From Bacteroidia bacterium (lineage in GTDB: Bacteria > Bacteroidota > Bacteroidia > UBA4408), in NCBI GenBank assembly GCA_044238735.1, contig JBIICS010000001.1, positions 5,271 through 69,270 of the forward strand: 64,000 nucleotides of DNA, in the 5' to 3' direction. Below, piece by piece: positions 34,527 through 45,019 of this stretch. A program made the translations under genes and the position numbers. The notes below the pieces were generated by a model. The model did not search any database and was not told the DNA's origin. It saw only the letters and a list, made by a program, of their open reading frames with translations. Numbering within the stretch: position 1 is the stretch's first letter; every line of letters starts with the position of its first letter.

Positions 34527-36149
34527 ATGTGTGGAATTTTAGGAACAACAGCAGTCAGAAGTAAAGAGTATATTTCTTCTCTTTCTTCCAGAATGAGTCA
34601 TCGTGGGCCGGATGAACGCGAGGTGGTCATCACCAAGTTGGGAGCCCTTAGTCATGAACGTTTGGCGATTGTAGATTTAAATACGGGTCGCCAGCCTATT
34701 CAGGGTACCCGTAATACCTGGGTAATTCACAATGGTGAAATATATAACCATAAACAACTGCACGCCGAAGATTTAAAAGGAAAATACGCTTGCCGAACCA
34801 CTTCAGATTCCGAAGTAATCGTTCATTTATACGAGGAATATGGAACACAGTTTTGCGACAAATTGGATGGAATATTTGCTTTTGTTGTAATGGACGAAGA
34901 CAACGGTGTTGTAATGGCTGGTCGCGATCCTATAGGTGTTAAACCTCTTTATTATGGTTATGATAAAGATGGCAAAATTTGGTTTTCTTCAGAGATGAAA
35001 GTAATTATTGATGAGGTGGTAAAAGTAGAAATCTTTCCTGCGGGGCACTATTATCATAACGAAAAAGGATTTGTAAAATATTATCATCCGAAATGGGACA
35101 CATTGCCTGCGATTCAGAAAGACCCTACCGGATTAAGAGAACTTTTAACAAAAGCTGTTGAGAAACGTTTAATGTGTGATGTGCCTTTTGGTGTATTATT
35201 ATCGGGTGGTTTAGATTCGAGCCTAATTGCCTCCATTGTTGCACGCAAACTAAAAGCAGAGGGTAAAGAAGTACATTCGTTTAGTATTGGTTTGTCGCCC
35301 GATGCTCCAGACTTAAAAGCAGCGCGCAAGGTAGCCGAATTTTTAGGGACTGTTCATCACGAAGTTTATTTTAGCATTGAAGAAGGAATAGCAATGGCCG
35401 ATAAACTTATATGGCATCTCGAAAGTTATGATGTTACTACATTGCGTGCCAGCACCCCCATGTATTTTCTAACTAAATACATCCGCGAAAAAGGATTTAA
35501 AATGGTTCTTTCTGGCGAAGGCGCCGATGAGGTGTTTGGTGGATATTTATATTTTTACAATGCTCCGTCATTAGCCGAATTCCAGGAAGAAACTAAACGC
35601 AGAGTAAAACTCTTGTATACCGCCGATGTGTTAAGAGCCGATAAATCAACAATGGCAAACGCTATTGAGGTGCGTGTTCCGATGTTAGACAAAGCTTTTC
35701 TTGAAAAATCGATTCAATTATCTCCCGAACTAAAATTTCCTCGTCGTGCAAAAGGAGATGATAAAGGACAAATAGAAAAATATGTTTTAAGGGCTGCTTT
35801 TGATGATAAAGAAAACCCTTACTTGCCTGATGATATTTTATGGAGACAAAAAGAACAATTTTCGGATGGTGTGGGTTATGGGTGGATTGACGGTTTTAAA
35901 GATTATTGCGAAAAAGCCGTATCTGATTCAGACTTTAAAAAGGCTGAACAATTATTTCCATACAACACTCCTCAAACTAAGGAAGCCTTTTATATACGTA
36001 GTATTTTCGAGAAACATTTTGGTAAAGCCGAAAGCGAAAAAACCGTATTTCCATGGATACCGAAATGGCAAGCAAATGCCGATCCAAGTGGAAGAGCAAA
36101 CACTGTTCATGAACAAACTATTGAGGTTTTAAAAACAGAAAAAGTATAG
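34527..36149 (+). CDS. asnB: Asparagine synthase B (glutamine-hydrolysing).
   Basis: N-terminal nucleophile 'MCGILG' and PP-loop 'SGGLDSS'. Confidence 0.9.
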   Translation: MCGILGTTAVRSKEYISSLSSRMSHRGPDEREVVITKLGALSHERLAIVDLNTGRQPIQGTRNTWVIHNGEIYNHKQLHAEDLKGKYACRTTSDSEVIVHLYEEYGTQFCDKLDGIFAFVVMDEDNGVVMAGRDPIGVKPLYYGYDKDGKIWFSSEMKVIIDEVVKVEIFPAGHYYHNEKGFVKYYHPKWDTLPAIQKDPTGLRELLTKAVEKRLMCDVPFGVLLSGGLDSSLIASIVARKLKAEGKEVHSFSIGLSPDAPDLKAARKVAEFLGTVHHEVYFSIEEGIAMADKLIWHLESYDVTTLRASTPMYFLTKYIREKGFKMVLSGEGADEVFGGYLYFYNAPSLAEFQEETKRRVKLLYTADVLRADKSTMANAIEVRVPMLDKAFLEKSIQLSPELKFPRRAKGDDKGQIEKYVLRAAFDDKENPYLPDDILWRQKEQFSDGVGYGWIDGFKDYCEKAVSDSDFKKAEQLFPYNTPQTKEAFYIRSIFEKHFGKAESEKTVFPWIPKWQANADPSGRANTVHEQTIEVLKTEKV

Positions 36150-36171
36150 TTTTGCATTTTCTAAAATCAGT

Positions 36172-39100
36172 ATGACACCCATTAATAAAATTCTTGTTGC
36201 CAACAGAGGCGAAATAGCGATTAGGGTTTTTAGAGCCGCCGCCGAATTAAATATCAAAACTATAGCGGTCTATACATACGAGGATCGCTATAGTCTTCAC
36301 CGTTACAAAGCAGATGAGGCTTTTCAGATTGGAAAAGATTCTGATCCCCTTAAACCCTACCTGGATGTAGATGAAATTGTAAAAGTAGCAAAACGCGAGA
36401 ATGCCGATGCCATTCATCCTGGATATGGGTTTTTAAGCGAGAATGTTAAACTGGCAAAACGTTGTAAAGAAGAAGGAATTATTTGGATTGGCCCTGAACC
36501 CGAGGCAATGGCTCAACTAGGAGATAAAGTTTCGGCAAAAGAGGTTGCTATTAAAGCCGGTGTGCCTGTTATTAATGGTAGCGAAAAGAAACTGGTTGAC
36601 TATAGTGTGGTTTTAGAAGAGGCTAATCGCATTGGCTTTCCTTTAATTCTTAAAGCCTCTGCCGGTGGTGGAGGAAGGGGCATGCGCGTTATACGTAGTA
36701 AAGAAGATCTTGAAAAATCATTTAACGAAGCTCGTCGCGAAGCGGGTAATGCGTTTGGTGATGATACCATTTTTATTGAGCGTTTTGTAGAAAATCCTAA
36801 ACATATAGAAGTACAATTATTAGGAGACAAATATGGTCATTTAGTACACTTATTCGAAAGAGACTGTTCGCTTCAACGTCGTTTTCAAAAAGTAGTAGAA
36901 ATTGCTCCGGCTCCAAGTTTAAAGCAGGAGACAAAAAATAAACTATACGAGTACTCATTAAATATAGGAAAAACCGTTAATTATACCAATGCGGGAACCG
37001 TTGAATTTCTAGTTGATAAAGACGAAAATATATTCTTTATTGAGGTTAATCCACGCATTCAGGTAGAACATACCGTTACCGAAGAAGTTACCGGTATAGA
37101 CATTGTAAGAAGCCAAATCTTAATCGCTTCTGGAATCTCACTTACCAGTCCGGCTATTAATATTCAATCGCAAGAAAGCTTAGCCTGCAGAGGTTTTGCA
37201 ATTCAATGCCGGGTAACTACAGAAGATCCTGAAAATGATTTTAAACCCGACTATGGAACTATTGTTGCTTATCGCAACGCCGGAGGTTACGGTATTAGAA
37301 TTGATGAAGGTAGCTCTTACCCGGGAGTTAAAATCTCTCCTTTCTTCGATTCTATGTTAGCAAAAGTTACAGCAAAAGGCAGAACATTAAAAGGAACTGC
37401 TCAGCGCTTAAGAAGAGCCTTACTTGAATTTAGAATAAGGGGTGTAAAAACAAACATTCAGTTTCTGGAAAATGTAATTACACATCCAACTTTTGAGGAA
37501 GGTTTAGTTAACGTTAACTTTATTAATGAGCACCCCGAACTTTTTAAATTAACCAGAAAATACGATAGTGGAACACGCGTTCTTAAATACCTTGCTAATA
37601 CTATTGTAAATGGTAACCCGGATATAAAAGTTATTGACGATAAAAAAATTTTTTCTAATCCCCCTTTATTAAACCCGGATACTGAATTAAAACCACAGCC
37701 GGGATCAAAGCAATTACTGGATAAATTAGGTGCATACGGTTTGGCAGAATGGTTAAAAAATTCGAAATCGATTCAATACACCGATTGTACCTTAAGAGAT
37801 TCTCATCAGTCGTTATTCGCTACTAGAGCCCGAACCCGCGATATTCTTCCATATGCAAAGGCTTTTGCACAAAACCATCCTCAAACTTTTAGCCTTGAAG
37901 TATGGGGAGGAGCAACCTTTGATGTAGCACTACGTTTTTTACACGAAGACCCATGGGAACGACTAAAACTTATTCGCGAAGCTGCCCCCAATATCTTGTT
38001 GCAAATGCTTATTAGAGGAAGCAATGCCATTGGGTATACGGCGTATCCAAATAATCTGGTAGAACGATTCATTATAGAATCAAACCAGCAGGGTGTAGAT
38101 ATCTTCAGAATATTTGACTCGTTAAACAACCTTGATAACATGTTGTTTAGTATTGATACGGTTGTAAACAAAACAAAAGGTATTGCAGAACCTTGTATCT
38201 GTTATACGGGTGATATACTCGATAAATCAAAAACAAAATACAATCTAAACTATTATATCGAACTAGCAAAACGAATAGAAGATAAAGGAGCGCACATTCT
38301 CGGTATAAAAGATATGGCCGGTCTTCTAAAGCCTTATGCCGCTGAACTACTGATTAGTGAATTAAAACAACATATTAATATTCCTATTCATCTTCATACG
38401 CATGATACGTCGGGCATTCAGTCTGCAACCTATATTAAAGCCATTGAGGCAGGAGTAGACGCGCTTGATACAGCAATAGCGTCTATGAGTGGCTTAACCT
38501 CTCAGCCTAATATGAATAGTTTGGTTGAAGCGCTGAAAGGCACTCCTCGACATCTGGAATACGATATGAACAGCTTGAACCAGCTGAGTAACTATTGGGA
38601 AACTGTTCGGGAATATTATTATCCTTTCGAAAGTGACTTAAAAGCTGGTACAGCAGAAGTTTATAAAAATGAAATACCCGGCGGCCAATATTCTAATCTT
38701 AAACCACAAGCTCAGTCTTTAGGTTTACTGCACCGTATGGACGATGTTAAGAAAGCATACGAAGAGGCTAACGAATTGTTTGGAGACATTGTTAAAGTAA
38801 CTCCATCTTCCAAAGTTGTAGGTGATTTAGCCATGTTTATGGTGGCAAACAATTTAAATAAGGAAGATGTTTTAACTAAAGGAGAAACACTCTCATTCCC
38901 AGAATCTGTTAAAGGCATGCTAAAAGGAGACCTTGGTCAACCCCACGGTGGATGGCCGGCTGAATTTCAGAAAATAGTTTTAAAAGGCGAATTGCCCTAC
39001 ACCGGCCTGCCTCATGTACACTTAAAATCAGTTGATTTTGATAAGGAGTTTGAAACTTTTTTAAATAAATACGACAAAAACTTAAGCTTTCTGGATTTTC

Positions 39101-39606
39101 TTTCTTACAAATTTTATCCTAAAGTATTTGATAATTATTTTGAGCACAGGCAAAAATTTGGCAAAGTAGATTACATTCCAACTCCTGCCTTTTTCTTTGG
39201 TTTAAAACAAAACGAAGAGCTTTTGGTTGAAATTACTCACGGAAAAACCATTATGGTTAGGTACCTTCATAGCAGTGAGGCCGATGAAAGCGGAAACAGA
39301 ACAGTATTCTTTAAATTAAACGGGCAAAACCGTTTTATCGAAGTTAAAGATCTTAATGTTTCTATCTCTAAAATAAGTAATGTTAAAGCAGATAATGAAA
39401 ACCACGTGGGCTCTCCGCTACAGGGGCTCTTATCTAAGGTTTTTATAAAAGAAGGTCAGCTTGTAAAAAAGAATGAGCCTCTTTTTACTATTGAGGCCAT
39501 GAAAATGGAAAGCACCATAACCAGCACTCAGGATGGCACCGTAAAGAGAATTTATTTGAAGGAAGGAACATTGTTAGAGTCTAACGATTTAGTATTAGAA
39601 TTTTAG
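36172..39606 (+). CDS. pyc: Pyruvate carboxylase (single-chain: biotin carboxylase, carboxyltransferase and biotinyl domains).
   Basis: 1144 aa. The ATP-grasp biotin carboxylase domain is at the N-terminus ('GGGGRGMRV'). A central HMGL-like carboxyltransferase domain is present. The C-terminal biotinylation site is 'EAMKME'. Confidence 0.9.
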   Translation: MTPINKILVANRGEIAIRVFRAAAELNIKTIAVYTYEDRYSLHRYKADEAFQIGKDSDPLKPYLDVDEIVKVAKRENADAIHPGYGFLSENVKLAKRCKEEGIIWIGPEPEAMAQLGDKVSAKEVAIKAGVPVINGSEKKLVDYSVVLEEANRIGFPLILKASAGGGGRGMRVIRSKEDLEKSFNEARREAGNAFGDDTIFIERFVENPKHIEVQLLGDKYGHLVHLFERDCSLQRRFQKVVEIAPAPSLKQETKNKLYEYSLNIGKTVNYTNAGTVEFLVDKDENIFFIEVNPRIQVEHTVTEEVTGIDIVRSQILIASGISLTSPAINIQSQESLACRGFAIQCRVTTEDPENDFKPDYGTIVAYRNAGGYGIRIDEGSSYPGVKISPFFDSMLAKVTAKGRTLKGTAQRLRRALLEFRIRGVKTNIQFLENVITHPTFEEGLVNVNFINEHPELFKLTRKYDSGTRVLKYLANTIVNGNPDIKVIDDKKIFSNPPLLNPDTELKPQPGSKQLLDKLGAYGLAEWLKNSKSIQYTDCTLRDSHQSLFATRARTRDILPYAKAFAQNHPQTFSLEVWGGATFDVALRFLHEDPWERLKLIREAAPNILLQMLIRGSNAIGYTAYPNNLVERFIIESNQQGVDIFRIFDSLNNLDNMLFSIDTVVNKTKGIAEPCICYTGDILDKSKTKYNLNYYIELAKRIEDKGAHILGIKDMAGLLKPYAAELLISELKQHINIPIHLHTHDTSGIQSATYIKAIEAGVDALDTAIASMSGLTSQPNMNSLVEALKGTPRHLEYDMNSLNQLSNYWETVREYYYPFESDLKAGTAEVYKNEIPGGQYSNLKPQAQSLGLLHRMDDVKKAYEEANELFGDIVKVTPSSKVVGDLAMFMVANNLNKEDVLTKGETLSFPESVKGMLKGDLGQPHGGWPAEFQKIVLKGELPYTGLPHVHLKSVDFDKEFETFLNKYDKNLSFLDFLSYKFYPKVFDNYFEHRQKFGKVDYIPTPAFFFGLKQNEELLVEITHGKTIMVRYLHSSEADESGNRTVFFKLNGQNRFIEVKDLNVSISKISNVKADNENHVGSPLQGLLSKVFIKEGQLVKKNEPLFTIEAMKMESTITSTQDGTVKRIYLKEGTLLESNDLVLEF

Positions 39607-39607
39607 T

Positions 39608-40024
39608 ATGATTTTATTAAGTAAGAAACTATGTATGGCCAAGGATATTGGTATTCATGGAAATTTATTTGGAGGAATAATGATGAGCTGGATAGATGAG
39701 GCGGCGGCAACTTATGCGTCTGAATATTGCAGAACAAGCAGTTTAGTAACTGTAAAAATGGGGGAAATGGTTTTTAAGAAACCCGTTAAGGCCGGCAATC
39801 ATATTAGAATATATGGCGATGTTTCGCGCCTTGGCAATACCTCTATAACATTAAATGTTGAGGCCAGGAGATACAACGTTTTATCATCCGAGGAAACCGT
39901 TGTTTGCAGCACGAATATTACATTTGTTAGAATTGATGAAGAGGGCAATCCAATTCGGATTGAAATTCCAAGGATAACTGAGAAGGGGAAAAAATATATA
40001 GAGGATGTAATTTTAACTTGTTAG
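39608..40024 (+). CDS. Acyl-CoA thioesterase (hotdog fold, YciA-like).
   Basis: 'GNLFGGIMMSWIDEAAATYA' is a hotdog thioesterase motif. It starts 1 bp after the pyc stop. Confidence 0.75.
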   Translation: MILLSKKLCMAKDIGIHGNLFGGIMMSWIDEAAATYASEYCRTSSLVTVKMGEMVFKKPVKAGNHIRIYGDVSRLGNTSITLNVEARRYNVLSSEETVVCSTNITFVRIDEEGNPIRIEIPRITEKGKKYIEDVILTC

Positions 40025-40040
40025 TCTTGTATGCATGCAT

Positions 40041-40075
40041 AAAAAACCCCGTTAAGACATAACGGGGTTTTTATA
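40041..40075. terminator. Bidirectional intrinsic terminator (thioesterase on the plus strand, rimK on the minus strand).
   Basis: CCCCGTTA-agacat-TAACGGGG flanked by A6 on the 5' side and T5 on the 3' side. Confidence 0.75.
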
Positions 40076-40079
40076 TTAG

Positions 40080-40970
40080 TTAAAGATCTGTATTTACAAA
40101 CTCGTTTCGTTCTACATACTCAATAATCTTACCGGCTATATCAACCCCGGTTGCTCCTTCAATACCTTCGAGGCCTGGAGAAGAATTTACTTCCATAACC
40201 AGTGGGCCCCTCTCCGACTGAAGCATATCAACCCCAGCAATAGCCAATCCTAATTTTTTAGCTGCTTTTATTGCTGTAACAACTTCTTCTTTACTTAATT
40301 CAATTAATTGAGCCTTGCCTCCACGATGCAGATTAGATCTAAACTCTCCATCAACCCCTTTTCGCAACATGGCGCCTACCACTTTCCCATCAACCACAAA
40401 CGCTCTAATATCGGCCCCTTTTGCTTCCTTAATAAATTCCTGAACCAGAATGTTAGTATTAATATCCAGGAAGGCCTCTATAACGGATTTTGCAGATTGA
40501 TGTGTTTCTGCTAAAATTACACCTATTCCCTGTGTACCTTCAAGAAGTTTGATAACAACCGGTGCACCGCCTACCAAATTAATTACCTGATCAATATCAC
40601 GTGGAGAAGAAGCAAAAGCTGTTTTAGGCATGCCAATACCCGCCTTAGCCAATAACTGTAAACTTCTTAATTTATCTCGCGATCTTACCAAGGCTTGTGA
40701 TTCAACAGCACTAAACACTTTCATTTGCTCGAACTGACGAACCACTGCAGCCCCATAAAAAGTTACAGAAGCCCCAATTCGGGGAATAATAGCATCAACA
40801 CCAATTACCGGCTCTCCTCTGTGATATACCATAGGATTACTTTTTTCCATAGCCAAAACACACTTAGAGTGATCTAAAACCACAACCTCATGTCCTCTTT
40901 GTTCTGCAGCCTCTACTAGTCTTCTTGTAGAATATAGTTTAGCATTTCTTGAAAGTATCGCAATTTTCAT
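40080..40970 (-). CDS. rimK: RimK-family ATP-grasp alpha-L-glutamate ligase.
   Basis: '[29 protein letters not shown]' is highly RimK-like, and the rest of the protein is an ATP-grasp fold. Confidence 0.85.
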   Translation of the reverse strand: MKIAILSRNAKLYSTRRLVEAAEQRGHEVVVLDHSKCVLAMEKSNPMVYHRGEPVIGVDAIIPRIGASVTFYGAAVVRQFEQMKVFSAVESQALVRSRDKLRSLQLLAKAGIGMPKTAFASSPRDIDQVINLVGGAPVVIKLLEGTQGIGVILAETHQSAKSVIEAFLDINTNILVQEFIKEAKGADIRAFVVDGKVVGAMLRKGVDGEFRSNLHRGGKAQLIELSKEEVVTAIKAAKKLGLAIAGVDMLQSERGPLVMEVNSSPGLEGIEGATGVDIAGKIIEYVERNEFVNTDL

Positions 40971-41018
40971 ATAGATTCATTAATAGTCTAAAATAAGAAA
41001 ATGCCCTACATTTTCAAA

Positions 41019-41474
41019 TTATTTAATGCTGTTTTTCTTTAATAAATGAACCCCCGAAACATCAACAAGAAACTTTTTACCAATTAATTTTCTTCCGATT
41101 AAAACGGGGTAACGCATATTTTGTCGATTAGCCAACGAAATGGTCGATTTAATCTTTCGCTTACCTAATTTAATTATCGTTTTAATAACGTAACGCGCTT
41201 CATATTCGCCGAAAGAATTTTTAATATTCTTTTGATAAAAATCGTGAAACACCAATTTTCGTTTATTATATTCAGGATGTGTTGGATCCAATAGATAAAA
41301 AGAAAGTACTTTTTTACCGTTTACTTCCTCTATTTTGATATTGTGGCAATGCAATGCGGTTGTAAATGCGCCTGTATCAATCTTAGCTTCAACCCCTTTT
41401 AATCCTAATTCAGGAAAATCAACAAACTCGCGTCTGCCAATAGTCTGCATCCATTTTTTCTTAGTAGCGTCCAT
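41019..41474 (-). CDS. RimK-associated putative ATP-dependent zinc protease / retropepsin-like aspartyl protease family protein.
   Basis: 'GRREFVDFPELGLKGVEAKIDTGAFTTALH' contains the DTGA signature of the family usually encoded next to rimK. Confidence 0.65.
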   Translation of the reverse strand: MDATKKKWMQTIGRREFVDFPELGLKGVEAKIDTGAFTTALHCHNIKIEEVNGKKVLSFYLLDPTHPEYNKRKLVFHDFYQKNIKNSFGEYEARYVIKTIIKLGKRKIKSTISLANRQNMRYPVLIGRKLIGKKFLVDVSGVHLLKKNSIK

Positions 41475-41602
41475 AATATCTGCCTACCGTTAATTTAACA
41501 ATAATTTAATTTCCGAAAAGTAACAATCTATTCTTTAAAATGATTGAAAATGCCCAATTAATTTTTTAGATTCGTTGAAGTTCATTTAAGTAAATTCAAA
41601 GC

Positions 41603-42037
41603 TTGGCGCGAAAGAAAAAACATGTTTTAAATCTGGAAATCGAAATCGATTTTGCTGTAATTGGTTTATCCAGTCACCAAAAAGATTTTAAATTATCGTG
41701 GAGCATAAACAAACATTGTTTTTGGCAGCTTAAAAAAGAAGACGATGTATTAGTAGAACTAAAGTCGAGCACCTCTAAAGTGCCTTTTACCTTATTCTCC
41801 TTTGTAAACCACGAAATTGGCTGCGAGTTTCTTCTGCTCGAAAATAAACATCAGGGCCACCAACTTTTACCTGAAATAAAGGGGGCCGATTACCTTGTAA
41901 TAGTTAGAGGCGCCTACAGTAAAGAGCTTTTAGCTGAAACAGTGGAGCGATTAAAACAAATCTCCTTAGTAATAACTGCCTTTGAGGTGGATGAAACTAA
42001 AATTGTAAACAAACAAAATTTATACTTTTTATTATGA
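41603..42037 (+). CDS. IPExxxVDY-family protein (Bacteroidetes-specific, unknown function).
   Basis: Contains 'LPEIKGADYLVIV', which matches the family's name motif. It overlaps the pyk start by 4 bp (ATGA). Confidence 0.6.
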   Translation: MARKKKHVLNLEIEIDFAVIGLSSHQKDFKLSWSINKHCFWQLKKEDDVLVELKSSTSKVPFTLFSFVNHEIGCEFLLLENKHQGHQLLPEIKGADYLVIVRGAYSKELLAETVERLKQISLVITAFEVDETKIVNKQNLYFLL

Positions 42038-43461
42038 TGAAAAATCATAGCCGAACAAAAATTGTGGCAACAGTTGGTCCCGCCTCCAGCTCTCCCGAAG
42101 TGCTGGAAAAAATGATTATTGCGGGTGTAGACGTTTTTCGTTTAAATTTCTCGCATGGGAGTTACGAAGACATGTCCGCCATAGTTAATAACATTAATGA
42201 GATCTCGGACAGGCTTGAAATGCCCATTGCTATTTTAGCCGACTTACAGGGCCCTAAAATAAGAATAGGTGAGGTAGAAAATAACGGTGTAATGATTGAA
42301 CCCGGACAGATATTAACTTTTACCACACAGGATACTATAGGAAACAGCGAACGTGTTTTTATTAAGTATTCAAATTTTCCGAAGGATGTAAAAGTGGGTG
42401 AACGAATATTGGTAGACGATGGAAAATTAGTACTGGAGGTAACGGAAACAAACAAAAACGATGAAGTAAAAGCCAAGGTAATTATTGGTGGTAAACTCTC
42501 TTCCAAAAAAGGAGTAAATCTTCCGAACACCAAAACTTCGATTCCTTGTTTAACCCCAAAAGACCTAAAAGATCTAGAGTTTGCGCTTTCTATTAGGGTT
42601 AATTGGATTGGCTTATCGTTTGTTAGAGATGCCAGCGATGTGATTGAGCTTAGGCATATAATTGCCAACCATAATCGCAAAACCCGGATAATTGCAAAAA
42701 TCGAAACCCCAATGGCCGTTGAAGATATTGATGATATTTTAAAAGAAGCCGACGGTATTATGGTTGCACGAGGCGATTTGGGTGTTGAGGTTCCTATTCA
42801 CGAAGTGCCGCTTATACAGAAAATGATAGTGCGTAAGTGTATAAATGCTTCTAAACCTGTGATTATTGCAACACAAATGATGGAGAGTATGATTACAAAT
42901 CTTACTCCGCTTAGAGCAGAAGTTAATGATGTGGCTAACTCAGTTCTTGATGGAGCCGACGCTCTTATGTTAAGCGGAGAAACATCTGTTGGTGCTCACC
43001 CGGAAAAAGTTATAGAGGCCATGCATAATATTATTTCGCATGTTGAAAAATCAAATCAATCTACACGATATGATCATCCACCAACCGTAATGAACGAACG
43101 TTTTATTTCGGACGCTATTTGTCACAGCGCGTGTTTATTGGCCGAACAGTCTAATGTAACCGCTATTGTTACTATGACACACAGTGGGCACACTGCTTTC
43201 AAGCTTTCGAGTTACCGACCTGATGCAAACATCTATATCTTTACAGATAATAAAGGAATATTAAGAATGCTTAACTTATTATGGGGCGTGCGCTGTTTCT
43301 TTTACGACAAAAGCATCAGCACTGATCATACCATAGCCGACATAAAAATGACTCTCAAAAAAAAGGGATTTGTTAATGATGGCGACTATATTATCAATAT
43401 AGCAAGCATACCTTTAAACGAAAAGGGAAAAGCAAATATGTTAAAACTTAGTGAAGTATAA
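42034..43461 (+). CDS. pyk: Pyruvate kinase.
   Basis: 'RTKIVATVGPAS', 'MVARGDLGVEVP' and an overall 475-aa PK architecture. Confidence 0.9.
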   Translation: MMKNHSRTKIVATVGPASSSPEVLEKMIIAGVDVFRLNFSHGSYEDMSAIVNNINEISDRLEMPIAILADLQGPKIRIGEVENNGVMIEPGQILTFTTQDTIGNSERVFIKYSNFPKDVKVGERILVDDGKLVLEVTETNKNDEVKAKVIIGGKLSSKKGVNLPNTKTSIPCLTPKDLKDLEFALSIRVNWIGLSFVRDASDVIELRHIIANHNRKTRIIAKIETPMAVEDIDDILKEADGIMVARGDLGVEVPIHEVPLIQKMIVRKCINASKPVIIATQMMESMITNLTPLRAEVNDVANSVLDGADALMLSGETSVGAHPEKVIEAMHNIISHVEKSNQSTRYDHPPTVMNERFISDAICHSACLLAEQSNVTAIVTMTHSGHTAFKLSSYRPDANIYIFTDNKGILRMLNLLWGVRCFFYDKSISTDHTIADIKMTLKKKGFVNDGDYIINIASIPLNEKGKANMLKLSEV

Positions 43462-44120
43462 TGACCGTTAATGAATTAACATCCCTATTTAATAAACACC
43501 GTAACCATCACAATGCCCTTCCAATGGAAGCTTATTTAAAAAATAAGTTTCCATTCTTTGGAATTAAAAAGCCCTCACGCTCTATTCTTCAAAAATCATT
43601 TATTGACTTAAATCGTTTAAAACCGGCAGAGGAACTTGAAGAGCTTGTGCTGGATCTCTTTAACAATACGGAAAGAGAATTACATTATGTGGCTATTGAA
43701 TTATTAGTTAAATCAAGGTATTATAAAAACAAGAAAAGTATTCAATTATTTGAACGGCTTTTAACTTCAAATTCTTGGTGGGACAGTGTAGACAGCATTG
43801 CGGTTAAATTAGTGGGGGCCTATTTTACGGAACACCCTAACGAGAGAGAGAAATGGATTGGCAAATGGATAAAATCCAACAATATCTGGTTAAACCGAAC
43901 GGCTATCATTTTCCAGTTAAGTTATAAGGATCATTTAGATGTTCAGTTTTTAGTCCGCGCCATTTTACCTCATACCCATAGCCATGAATTCTTTATACAA
44001 AAAGCCATTGGTTGGGCTTTAAGACAATATGCCAAGACCAATCCTACGTGGGTTAAAGATTTTGTTAGATCAACTTTACTAAAACCGCTAAGTAAAAGAG
44101 AGGCTTTAAAATATCTTTAG
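43461..44120 (+). CDS. DNA alkylation repair enzyme (AlkD-like HEAT-repeat protein).
   Basis: 'NALPMEAYLKNKFPFFGIKKPS' and a HEAT-like helical repeat fold. It overlaps the pyk stop. Confidence 0.7.
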   Translation: MTVNELTSLFNKHRNHHNALPMEAYLKNKFPFFGIKKPSRSILQKSFIDLNRLKPAEELEELVLDLFNNTERELHYVAIELLVKSRYYKNKKSIQLFERLLTSNSWWDSVDSIAVKLVGAYFTEHPNEREKWIGKWIKSNNIWLNRTAIIFQLSYKDHLDVQFLVRAILPHTHSHEFFIQKAIGWALRQYAKTNPTWVKDFVRSTLLKPLSKREALKYL

Positions 44121-44287
44121 CTTTTAACTTACCTTTTCAATTGGGCAATTAATAAATCATTCATTAAAACGGGTCAAACGAATTACATAAACATATTATT
44201 AAATTGTGACCGCTACAACTATTTTTATTAGCTACTTAAAATAAAAATATGGGCATCGGCTTATTACAAACTTACTAGTTAGAATAA

Positions 44288-45019
44288 TTATTCAAAAACT
44301 TCTTCTAGCACCGTTAAAGATTTAATATTTCCGAGCGAGTGCAAATAAAGATCCAGGTACTTAACAAGCAAGCGAAGCAACTCTCTTCTTTCCGAATTAT
44401 CAATTATCAAACTATCTACATCCTCAAAGTAATCTAGCGAAAATAGCTTAAACAACCATTTAGATGTAATTACACTTATGGGATAATAAATGGGTTGTTG
44501 TTCTTGTAAATGTCCGGTTTCTATATTAAAATAGGGTTTAGAGCTGCTATACTCCTCGTCGGGGCAAATACCAAAATGTTTACACAGATGTGAAAGAAAG
44601 CCGAGATGAAAATTTTTTGGATTATTTAATGAACTATTTAAATAAAGTATGGCACTAAATGTAAAATCGAATAAAGAATCCTCTCCGTGATGATCGCGCA
44701 GACATGCCCCCAGAACTTCACCCAGAAAAAGTTTAATGTTATTCTTATAAATTTCAAAAGAGGGACTTATGTTGCTCTGGATATTTAACTTTATCTCCTT
44801 TAAGCTTACAAACCCATCGTTTGGCTTTATTTCGTATTCCAGATCGAGTAAAGTAAGGGGCATTAACAATCCGCTTTTTTTATTCTTACTTTTTCCGGAA
44901 GTACTTCGCTTGATAATGGCACTTACAACTCCGTTGTATTCGGTGAAAATTTTTAAGATTACAGCGTTATCGCTATATGGGATTTGTTTAAGCACTAGTC
45001 CCCTACCCTTAACAAACAT
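44288..45019 (-). CDS. recO: DNA repair protein RecO.
   Basis: N-terminal OB-fold 'GRGLVLKQIPYSDNAVILKIFTEYNGVVSAI'. Size 243 aa. Confidence 0.8.
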   Translation of the reverse strand: MFVKGRGLVLKQIPYSDNAVILKIFTEYNGVVSAIIKRSTSGKSKNKKSGLLMPLTLLDLEYEIKPNDGFVSLKEIKLNIQSNISPSFEIYKNNIKLFLGEVLGACLRDHHGEDSLFDFTFSAILYLNSSLNNPKNFHLGFLSHLCKHFGICPDEEYSSSKPYFNIETGHLQEQQPIYYPISVITSKWLFKLFSLDYFEDVDSLIIDNSERRELLRLLVKYLDLYLHSLGNIKSLTVLEEVFE

